Of a stretch of 64,000 bases of DNA, positions 39,447 through 48,407 are shown in pieces (the stretch's first letter is position 1; the number at the start of each line of letters is the position of its first letter). The DNA is from Pelagomonas calceolata (taxonomy: Eukaryota), in assembly GCA_918797485.1 (NCBI GenBank), contig CAKKNE010000006.1:62001-126000 (forward strand). The letters are read 5' to 3'. A program made the position numbers and the translations under genes. The notes beneath the pieces were generated by a model. That model made no database searches, had not been told where the DNA came from, and worked only from the letters and a program-made list of their open reading frames with translations.

Positions 39447-42277
39447 TCACAGGAACGACAGCTGAAGGAGCGCGTGCGCAGCGTCTGTCTCGACCGCGTT
39501 GGCCTCGGACCGGATCCTTTTGACAGTCGAAGGACTCGGCGACCGCGAAGGACTCGGCGACCGCGAAGGACTCGGCGACCGCGTCCGCTTCCTCCGTGCG
39601 GAGGGGCGCCAGGGGAGGAAGTCCGGTGCCGGCGCCGGCGCAGAAACGTCCACCGGCTGAGCGCGCGCCGTCGCCGGCGTCGCAGCCGGCGGCGCGGCGG
39701 CCGGCGCCGGCGCCGGCGCCGCGGCGAGGTCGGCGGCGCGCTCCTGGAACTTCGCGACTTCCTTGTCCAGCTCGCGTTGTCCCAACCGGTCGTTCTTCCA
39801 CAGCCCGATGCCCTTGCCCCAATCCGCGAGTGAAGGACCCGCGACCGTCCAGGCGCTCATGATGACCTTCGTCGCCTCAGCCTTCGACCGCCGGAGCGCG
39901 CCCGTCATGCAAATCACAAACTTTTTGTCGGTCGCCGCGCGCACGGCGCAGCCCTTACAAAAGCGCACGCGACCGCCTCGGCGCGCCGCGAAGAACGCGT
40001 CATAGATGTCGTCGCCGTCCCCAGAGCCGCCGGCGTCGGCGAGGTCGAAGTGCGCCTGAACGCCCAAAAAGCCGTTGCCCGGGCAGGGCGAGCCGGCGGA
40101 GGGGCCGTCGCAGTAGTGAGTTCGGCCGCCGGCGAGGCGCACGCACACGAAGGACCCGCGCGTCCGCGCCTCGGCATCGCCGCACTTGGGGCAATGCGTC
40201 CGGAGCTGCCGCAGCGTCGCGCGCGTCTGCGCGACGCGCGCGCCGAGCGCCGCGCCCGTCGCGCCCGCGGTGGCCACGACCACGCACGTCGCTCGCGTCG
40301 CGCCCGGGCACGCAGCGCCGCCCGTGCCCACGCAGAGGCCCGTGCGCAAGGGGATGCACACGACGCCGCCCGCCAGCGCCGCCGCTCGACGGCCGCACTC
40401 CGCGCAGTGCGTCGCGACGAGGCCGTCGCGCTCGCCCCTCGCGAACGCCTGGCGCGCCGCGAGCGCGAACGAGTCGCGGTCCGCCGGCGCGCCGACGTAG
40501 GGCACGAGCCCGTAAGCCGGGCTCAACGACCCGCAGCCGCCGTTCTCGAGGCACGGCGCGCCGCCGCCCGGGCCCTCGCAGACGGTGTTGATGACGTCGA
40601 CGGGGAACCTCGTCGTCCCCTCGCACACCGCGGCGCAGCACGTCGCGCACCACGTCGGGGGCAGGCTTCGCACGGCGTCGGCAGCCGCCCGGACGACTTG
40701 CGGGTCCGTCGAACCGCCCGCGTCCGCGTAGGAGAAGTTCGCGTACGCGGCGCAGCCGTCGCGGCACGTGCACGGCCCGGCGCCCGAGCCCTGGCACAGG
40801 CCGCCGTGTCTCGACGGCCGCCACGGGACCACTCCGATGTCCGGAAACAGCCGCGCGTCGGGCAGGTCTCCGAGCCCCTCGGCGGAGGTAAAGCGGGCGC
40901 CGCACCTCGCGACCTCGGCGACGCGGGCCGAGAGCGCCGCGTACGCGTCCTCGACCGTAACGTTGCGCCCCGTGACCACGATCGTGCGCCGCTCCGGCGC
41001 CAGCCGCTTGGTCGTGTCCTGCAGGAGCGGCAGCTGCTCGAACACCGCGCCGTCGACCGACGACGTCGGGAAGTGGAGCCGGTCGAAGACGCCGACCGGC
41101 TCGCGGATGACTCGCGAGAGGCCGAAAAGGCCGGGCAAGGAGACGGGGAGCGACGCCCACGCGGCGGCCGTGTCGCCCAGGGCCTCGTTGTCCCCGAAGT
41201 ACGCGCCGTGAGGAGGAACCACCAAATAGCCCATCGCGAAGGCGCCGCCCAAGCGGCCGCGCGCGCGGTCGGCGTGGCCGTCGCCCTTCAGCCGCAGCAT
41301 CAAGGCGCATACCGTCTTGCAGCCGGTCGCGCCGGCCGTCACGAGGCGCCCGCATCGCAGCGGCTCCTCGGAGCGCCCAGCTCCAGTCAAGGCGTCGGCC
41401 TATGTGCACAGCTCTTTGAACGCGAGTTCATCGCAGCGAGGCCGGCGCATGCAGCGCATCGCGAAATGCTCGAGGCGAGAGCACTGCTTTGTACACGACG
41501 CTTCGATGATGTGGTGTGTAAGGCGTGCGTATGCAACTTTTTTGCTTGCTAGTGACTCACCGCTAGAAAATTATGGACGCGGGCGCGCACATGGGCGGTC
41601 ATCGCCGGGTCGAAGTCCAGAGCCGAGGCCGGCAGGACCAACCTCGGACCGTACGTCTGCACCGCCACGCGGGAGTTTCGCGGGCCCCATCCGCACTCCC
41701 AAGCCCCGAGGCGTTTCACGAGGTCGCGGCCCGCCGCGCGGACGATCTCATACGCCTGCGGGATGTGCGCCCCGGCAAAGTCGCGGAAGGCGCCGCCTCT
41801 AGCGCTCACCGGGAGGAGCACGCGCGACTCGTCGTCGTCGCCGACGCGCGCCGCGTTGCTGACGACCGCGACGGCCCGGTCCTCGAGTTCACTCAAGATC
41901 CGGCCGCCGAGGTCTCGCAGCGTGCACGCGCGGACGACGACGCTCGCGCGGTCTTTTGGGCGCACCGCTGGCAAGCCTCCCTCCTGGTCTAGGCCATTCG
42001 GGTGAATCGGGTCGCCGAGACTCACCGATTTCCCCGAGAGGAGCTCCTCGAGCCAGACGTCGATCGCGCGGTCTTTTGGGCGCACCGCTGGCAGGCCTGA
42101 CTTGAGCCGGCAAAGGGCATTCGGGTCGCCGAGACTCACCGATTGCCCCAAGTGGAGCTCGAGCCAGACCTCTGGCAGTTTTGCCTCGCGTTGCGAGGGG
42201 AGGGCGAGGTGTTCTAGAGTAACCTCTTCGCCACCGTGAACGCCCCGCGCCGCCCGTCTACAGATGAAACCAGACAT
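39447..42277 (-). CDS. Cys-rich repeat protein (~890 aa); exons 42277-41561 and 41399-39447
   Basis: GTGAGT donor at 41560 and CATAG acceptor at 41400 join ORFs 41549..42277 and 39447..41390 in frame; repeated C-x-G-x4-5-C and CxxC units. Confidence 0.65.
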
Positions 42278-42302
42278 CGATCTTATGACACTTTTTTGCC
42301 TC

Positions 42303-42326
42303 GCTAGTGTCTTACATGCCGCTAGC
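42303..42326 (+). promoter_or_regulatory. CTAG-bounded upstream motif
   Basis: GCTAGTGTCTTACATGCCGCTAGC just upstream of ATG 42277(-). Confidence 0.7.
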
Positions 42327-42675
42327 TAGCGCGATCGGTTGATACCATTTGCCCGTGTGCGGGTTGGGGCGGCGCCTAACGAGGCTGTTCGCGAGCGAAA
42401 GGAGATCTCAACGGCGAGGGGAGACGTAGTAGTGGGGCCTGGGAGGGGCCCCGGTCGTCGTCTCAGGGCAGTGGCCACGAACTCGGCGAGGTGGTGTGCT
42501 GACGCTCGTGGCCCCGGACTGTGGCTCCGGGAGACTCTCGGGCCGGGCGGGTCGTCGCGAAGTTCGCGACGTGGGGCGTCAGGGCGGGTCGAGCCGGACC
42601 GGGGTCAGGCGCGCAAGGTGGCCTGCAGACCGGGTTGCCCGGCACGGCGGGCGCACGTCCGGCACGCGTTGTCCC

Positions 42676-42809
42676 AGGAGCACTACGCAGCGATGCCGCC
42701 GGGATTTTGCCGATTTCGCGGCTGCGCGAGTGTGCTGCCTCGCGGCGCACTTGCTTTGCCTCGCTCACACAGGAGTGTCTCCAGCGCTCGGTGATCGGTC
42801 TGAGTGGTG
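42676..42809. repeat. Direct repeat copy 2
   Basis: Same collinear blocks as 39031-39168. Confidence 0.9.
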
Positions 42810-43042
42810 TTACAATGACTACAAAAGCGAATTATTTTCACACAAAACCCGCGCCTGTTTTTGAGGCGCCTGAGCTGATTTGAAAGCTGCGCGCGACAGG
42901 CAGCTTGCTGCGGCTAAATAGCACTTCGAGGCAACCGCTGATAACCGTTGCAACCATATATCCACGACTCAAAGCCGCTCGTCGCGAAACCGCCGCAGAC
43001 GGAGCCACAAGGCGGGAGCCTGCCAGCGCGCGCTGCTAAAAG

Positions 43043-45046
43043 ATGTCCTTCTCCGGCCAGGGCGGCTACTTCCAGGAGAACAGCGACGACGACACGCGCT
43101 TCTCCGCAACCCTACAACCGCCGCAGCCGCGCCGCGCGCCGCCGCCGCGGCCGTCGCCCAAGCAACCCGCCACCCGGGAGAGCGGCCTCGCTTTTGGAGC
43201 TGTCCGCTTCCCGTCGACGACGAGTGTGCTCTGGGACCGCGCGTGTTCGGCGCCCTTCCGCGCGTCGCTGGCCGACGACGCGCCGGCGGTCGTCGTGACC
43301 GCGGACTGCGCACGCACCCTCAACGACTTCGTGGATGAATCAAACGACACGCGGCGCTTCGTGGGCGCCGTGGCGGCCCGATCGAAAGTCGCGCGCGCCG
43401 TGGATTCAACAAAATGCCCGCCGGCCGCGACGGCCGCGCGGCGCGCGGTCGTTTTTGGCGACGACGTCGCCGTGCAATCTATCGGCGGGCGGCGTTTGGA
43501 TGTTGTCGTGTCGACGCAGAACGTGGGACCCGAAGATGATAATGATGACCTCACCCTCGCGGCCACCGTCTCGAAACGAGACACAACTTTGAGGATCGAG
43601 CTGGCCTGCGCGGCGCCGGCCACGACCTACGCCTTCTCCCAGCTGCGGATGCCGCTCGCCGTCCTCCCGACGCCGCTGGACGCGGCGCTGCGGCGGTCGA
43701 ACGGCGCGTCGCTCCCCAGAAGACCGGGCGCGTACGACGCCGCCGTGCGGTGTGGCTACGTGACGCTCGACGAGGCGAGGAGAGCGGTGTTTCTGTTGGA
43801 CGACGATCCCTTGACGGAAGCAACACCACTGGTCGGCGTCTTCTGCGCGGGATTCGTCTGCGCGGATGCGACGCGCGCGTGCCGCGACGGCGCGGTCGTC
43901 GCGGCCTGCGCGGCGTTCCTGCGGCGGTCGGGCACGGCCTTGGTAGCAGCGGAGACGTGCCTCGTGGCCGTCTTCTGCGCGCCGGCGCGGAACCAACCCG
44001 CGGCGCCGACGTTTTTTGAGTGTCGGGGCTCCCCGGACGGCGGCCGCGAAATTTTGGATTTCGCCTGCGACTTGGATGTCGACAGTCTGGGCGCATCTGG
44101 TGAGGCGCCGCGGGCCGTGGTGGTGGCGGCGCTGAAGCGGCGGCCGGCGCTGGCGCCGCCACCGCCTGCCACGGCTCCTCCCGCCAAAGCGGCGCCGCCG
44201 TCGCCCCTGAAGGACGACGACAGCGCGACGACGACGACGATGGACGAGTCGACGGTCGACACGCGCCTGAAGCGGGCGACGGGCCGCATCCGCGAGCTCG
44301 AGGCGCGGCTCGCGGCCTACGAGGGCGCCGCGGCCGCGCCCGCGAAGGCCGACACGGGCCGCGTCCGCGAGCTCGAGGCCAAGCTAGCGGCCTACGAGGC
44401 CGCGGCGCCGGCGACGGCCGAGCCCGCGGCGCCGGCGCCGGAAAAGGCCGCCGCGCCGGCGCCGGCGCGGGCCGAGGCGCCGGCCCCGCCACGCGCCGAG
44501 GCGCCGGAGAAGCCCCTGCCCCCGGCAATACGCCCCAACCGCGCGGCGCAGAGCATTCGGCGGACCGCCGCCGTGCGGGCGCCGCCGGCGTCGCCGGCGC
44601 CGGCGCCGGCGCCGCGGCCCGCCGCGTCGCCGGCGTCGCAGCCGCCGCCGCCGCCCGACGTCTTCCCGACGCGCCGGCCGAAGGACGAGCTGCGCGCGTC
44701 GGCGGAAGACGTCGCCGACGTCATCAGCGGCGCCTACGACGACGCCGGCACGGACGACGACGAGGACGTGAGCTTCGCGAGCGTCGGCGTCGTGCGCGCG
44801 CTGCGCCTGCCCGACGCGTCCGTCGGGAGCGTCGGCCCCGAGACGAGCGGCGGCGCGCTCGAGGCGGCGGCCTACGCCTCCATGCCGCTCACGGAGGTGA
44901 ACGAGAACTTCCCCAAGGCCGGCGAGGGTGCTGATTTGAACGCCTTCCCGAAGATCCGCGTGCCGCCCAATGAGTGCTTCGTCGACCCGGACTCGGACGA
45001 CGAGATCGTCGCGCAGTACGTCGAGACTGGAACCGTTGACGCGTGA
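43043..45046 (+). CDS. STIL: STIL N-terminal-domain protein (centriole assembly factor-like)
   Basis: FPSTTSVLWD and GYVTLDEARRAVFLLDDDP...PLVGVF resemble STIL_N, followed by short coiled coils and a Pro-rich region. Confidence 0.65.
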   Translation: MSFSGQGGYFQENSDDDTRFSATLQPPQPRRAPPPRPSPKQPATRESGLAFGAVRFPSTTSVLWDRACSAPFRASLADDAPAVVVTADCARTLNDFVDESNDTRRFVGAVAARSKVARAVDSTKCPPAATAARRAVVFGDDVAVQSIGGRRLDVVVSTQNVGPEDDNDDLTLAATVSKRDTTLRIELACAAPATTYAFSQLRMPLAVLPTPLDAALRRSNGASLPRRPGAYDAAVRCGYVTLDEARRAVFLLDDDPLTEATPLVGVFCAGFVCADATRACRDGAVVAACAAFLRRSGTALVAAETCLVAVFCAPARNQPAAPTFFECRGSPDGGREILDFACDLDVDSLGASGEAPRAVVVAALKRRPALAPPPPATAPPAKAAPPSPLKDDDSATTTTMDESTVDTRLKRATGRIRELEARLAAYEGAAAAPAKADTGRVRELEAKLAAYEAAAPATAEPAAPAPEKAAAPAPARAEAPAPPRAEAPEKPLPPAIRPNRAAQSIRRTAAVRAPPASPAPAPAPRPAASPASQPPPPPDVFPTRRPKDELRASAEDVADVISGAYDDAGTDDDEDVSFASVGVVRALRLPDASVGSVGPETSGGALEAAAYASMPLTEVNENFPKAGEGADLNAFPKIRVPPNECFVDPDSDDEIVAQYVETGTVDA

Positions 45047-45249
45047 TAATATCCCCCCTGCCCCCCGGCGTAATCTTCGAGCGGGTCCAGATCATCCCGC
45101 GTTCGGGCCCACACCTCCCCCTGGTCAGGCCCACCATAGACGAACATTACTCGGAATCCTAGTAAAAGGACGGGGGCAGGACGGGGGCATCTCCAACTGA
45201 ACTCGCCGACGGCGGCTCAAGATTTCGCACCGTTTTGGCTACGAGGTCG

Positions 45250-45543
45250 TCACGCCTCGACGACGACCTCGCCCACCGCGCGCTCGAAGCCGCCCTCCGC
45301 GAGCAGCGGGACGACGCTGGCGAGGGTCTCCTTTAACGCGGGTCCGTTCGCCTCGAGGGACGCCATACTGTCGTAGACGGCGCAGGAGCGGATCTCGTTC
45401 GCGCTCGTCTGGGCGAAGGTCAGGCTCAGCACCCCGGGTAGAGATCTGTACCCGGGGGCGGCGTCCTTCAGCGCTGCCACAACCTCCTCCAATTTGCCCT
45501 CCTGGACTGTGAACCGCACAAAGCTCGCGGCTTTGCTCGACAT
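45250..45543 (-). CDS. ABM-like (dimeric alpha/beta barrel) small protein
   Basis: VRFTVQEGKLEEV...LPGVLS...VYDSMASLEA pattern; 97 aa. Confidence 0.6.
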   Translation of the reverse strand: MSSKAASFVRFTVQEGKLEEVVAALKDAAPGYRSLPGVLSLTFAQTSANEIRSCAVYDSMASLEANGPALKETLASVVPLLAEGGFERAVGEVVVEA

Positions 45544-45653
45544 TGTATCTCTGGGAGTTATTGATGGAATACTGCTGGGAAATGGGATTCGGGCTGCGCC
45601 GTGCACCACGCAGAGCTTCCTGCAGCTGGTTCCAAGAATTATTGCCGGATCGT

Positions 45654-45676
45654 GCTAGTGTCTACATGCCGCTAGC
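45654..45676 (+). promoter_or_regulatory. CTAG-bounded upstream motif
   Basis: GCTAGTGTCTACATGCCGCTAGC between divergent starts 45543- and 45877+. Confidence 0.7.
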
Positions 45677-45876
45677 TAATTATTTTGCGGCCCATATCGC
45701 TGCGACGCGCGCCGAGGAGTGAGCTCAGTCGCACAGCACATCGGCATTGCGCCAACCGCCGTGACCGCAGCCGCACGTCACGTGCGCGCCGGCTGCCCCC
45801 CCTACATCTCGGGCTGCCTAAAACAAAAGCAGACCCCAGCCGAGCTAAGCAAAGCACCAAAAACCAGGCGTACACC

Positions 45877-46248
45877 ATGAACGCCCCGGAACGCCACCGC
45901 TCCTACCAGCTCGACGAAGGACAGGCGCGCATGACCTACGAGCCCGACCAGCGCGTCGCCTCGGCAGGCACGTTCACGATAAACAAGGAGGATCATACGG
46001 TCGGTAATTTATTGAGGATGCAGCTCCTGCGCGATGGCGACACGCGCTTCGCCGGCTACCAGCTGCCCCACCCGCTCGAGCACGTCTGCCACGTCAAGGT
46101 CGAGACGGCGCCGGGGCGCGCGCCCGTCGAGGTCATGGGCGGCGCCGTCACGGACCTGCGGCAGGAGGTCGAGCTCCTGGACCGGGGCTTCCGGGACGAG
46201 TGCGCGCGGGCCCGCGAGGAGGCCGACGCGCGGCCCATGGAGACGTAA
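45877..46248 (+). CDS. RPB11: RNA polymerase II subunit RPB11
   Basis: MNAPER...FTINKEDHTVGNLLRMQLL...FAGYQLPHPL. Confidence 0.93.
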   Translation: MNAPERHRSYQLDEGQARMTYEPDQRVASAGTFTINKEDHTVGNLLRMQLLRDGDTRFAGYQLPHPLEHVCHVKVETAPGRAPVEVMGGAVTDLRQEVELLDRGFRDECARAREEADARPMET

Positions 46249-46308
46249 GTACTGGTAGTAGAATTCAAATTATAATGCCGCCAGTGGCGGGGGGAGGGGG
46301 TCGCGTGG

Positions 46309-48016
46309 TCAGGACTTGGCCTCGGAGATGCCGCCCGCGGGCGCGAGGCCGTCGAGGATGGAGTCGTCCGACCCCGCCGCGGCGCGCAGCTCGGCCGAGC
46401 CGGGCATCTTGACCGACGTGGGCAGGATCACGTCCCCGTGCTTCGACGAATCGAGCTCAGAATCCGAAGTGCGGCCCCCAAAGTCCGACCGCACGCCGCA
46501 GGTCCGCTTCATGACCGCGAAGAGGCCTAGGACCGGGACCGCGACCCAGGCCGCGTCCAGCAGGATGAATACGATGGCCGCGGCGAGCGAATTGCCATTG
46601 CCGCCGTAGAACGCGCCCATGCACCGTTGGCCCCGACTCGTCTCGTAAGCTGCGTCGTAGTACCGAGGGGTTGCGAAGAGCGCGGCCGCGATGAGGCCCC
46701 ACATGCCGCAGGTCGCGTGCACGGAGACGGCGCTGCAGACGTCGTCGATGCGCAGCTTGTATTCCACGAAGTGCGCGGACGCGCCGTAGAGCGGCCCGGC
46801 CACGAGGCCCGTGAACATAGCGCCGAGCGCGTTCGACGTCGCGCAGCCCGGCGTGATCGCGACGAGGCCCGCCAGGATTCCGTTGCAGGCGGCCGCGGGG
46901 TCGACGCGCCGCTTCGTCGCGTAGAAAAAAACGCCCGTGCTGAGGCACGCTGCAGCACCGCTCAGAGTCGTAGTAAAACAACCTGTGTGGAAATCAAAAT
47001 TTTACGGCGCGTTCGCATCGTCCTCCGCGCCATTGACGCGACGCCTGCTCGATAGCGTGGCGGTGTCGGTGCCCGACGCACTGGTTGATTTCCACACAGA
47101 AAACAACAGTGGGCCGCGATGCCCGCCCGCGAGGCCGACAGGACGCTGCCGCCGTTGAAGGCGAACCAGCCGAGCCAGAGCGTGAGCGTGCCCAGGACCT
47201 GCAAAACGACGGACTGTTGCCGCATGGGCACCGGGTCACCCCGCGACGTGTACTTGTTGTCCCGCGGCCCGACGGACCACGCCGCAGCGAGCGCGGCGAC
47301 ACCGCCAGTCAGATGTACGACCCCTCCTCCGGCGAAATCGAGAAGCCCACAGCCGAACGCGAGCCTCTCGTCCCGGTACGCGGACAGCCGCCCACTCTCG
47401 TGCCAGGCGACGTGCGCCACGACCGGGTACACGAAGGCCGTCAGCAGGCACGCCAGCAGGAAGTAGGGGATCATGTTGCACCGCTCGGCGATCGCGCCCG
47501 AGACGATCGTCGCGGACGTCGCCGCGAAACTCAGCCCGAAGAACCACTCCGCCTGCCCCCCAAAGCCCGGCTTCCCAACCGTCGCGGCGTTGATGTAGCC
47601 AAAGCCGGACGTGCCGAAGACGCCGTTGGCGCCCGAATTTCTAAAGCTGTCGTCGCCGTTCGCGATGGCGTGGCCCACGATCCACCAGCTCGCCGCGCCG
47701 ATGGCGATGTCCATGATGTTTTTAAGCAATATCTCTTTCGTGTGATCCTTCGCGCAGGAGCCGACTTCCAGCATGGCGAAGCCCTGCTGCATCGAGAAAA
47801 CCCCGACCTGTGCAAAAATCGACCAGTGAATTGTCCGTCTCGAAATTTGATTTATGCACTGACGCCCACGGCCGCGACGAGCAAGAAGAACGCGTCGACA
47901 ACCGTCTCATCGATGTGGCCCGCATGCTCGTCGAGGCGGCGTCGCGAGCAGGCGTCGGTCAGTTGACCGAGCTGGGCCTCGAGCGCCGCGAGGCGCGCCT
48001 CGTGGTCTAGCCCCAT
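46309..48016 (-). CDS. AMT1: Ammonium transporter (AMT1 family); exons 48016-47870, 47807-47108, 46982-46309
   Basis: MQQGFAMLEVGS, TIVSGAIAER, DFAGGGVVH, WLGWFAFNGGS, NGILAGLVAIT, IDDV..A.SVH; two introner introns restore the frame. Confidence 0.93.
46983..47099 (-). mobile_element. Introner family B (intron 46983-47107)
   Basis: Perfect 15-bp TIR and perfect 8-bp TSD AAAACAAC (46975-46982, 47100-47107), which is GTTGTTTT on the coding strand. Confidence 0.95.
47808..47861 (-). mobile_element. Short family A introner (intron 47808-47869)
   Basis: Coding strand CAGTGCATAAATCAAATT...GATTTTTGCACAG; TSD GTGGGCGT/GTCGGGGT (6 of 8). Confidence 0.88.
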
Positions 48017-48056
48017 GCTCTGTGAGTGGGCGGGGGGGAGCCGGGGTGGGCGTGGG

Positions 48057-48284
48057 CTGAAACCGAACCGGGGCTGTCGCTCGCTGGCTTACCGAAAGCC
48101 CGAGTGCGGCTAGAAGCGAACGCCTGCCGCACGGGGGGCAGCGTACCGGCAGCTCGCTGTGCCGTTCTTCGCTGCGGGTTTGGATTCCGCGGGTATTCCG
48201 CCCGGACTAACACCGACCCGTCGGTGCTGAGCGACATCCAGACGCACTCGTAGGAGCGACCCGGTACGGTTCTTCAGTTTTTTT
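48057..48284 (+). ncRNA. Candidate structured RNA (or MITE-like fold-back) ending in a T7 tract
   Basis: Nested complementary blocks CTGAAACCGAACCGGG/CCCGGTACGGTTCTTCAG, GTCGCTC/GAGCGAC, CGAGTGCG/CGCACTCG plus internal hairpins; family not recognised. Confidence 0.35.
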
Positions 48285-48407
48285 AGGGTCGGGTGGGTGC
48301 GAGCGCCGCCGTCGGACGCCGCGAGAAACGCCCGGACGGCCTCTACGGACGGCTCGGACCCATACGCTATCGCCGCGCCGCCGAAGACTCGACCTACAGG
48401 ATGATAC

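Noticed and set aside
45052..45190. C-rich and G-rich ends suggesting a MITE between convergent genes
   Set aside because: The inverted match is short and low-complexity, with no TSD.
48040..48075. TPP-riboswitch-like words GGGGTG...GCTGAAA...GAACC
   Set aside because: The CUGAGA and downstream P4/P5 consensus are absent, and it is antisense to the adjacent gene.
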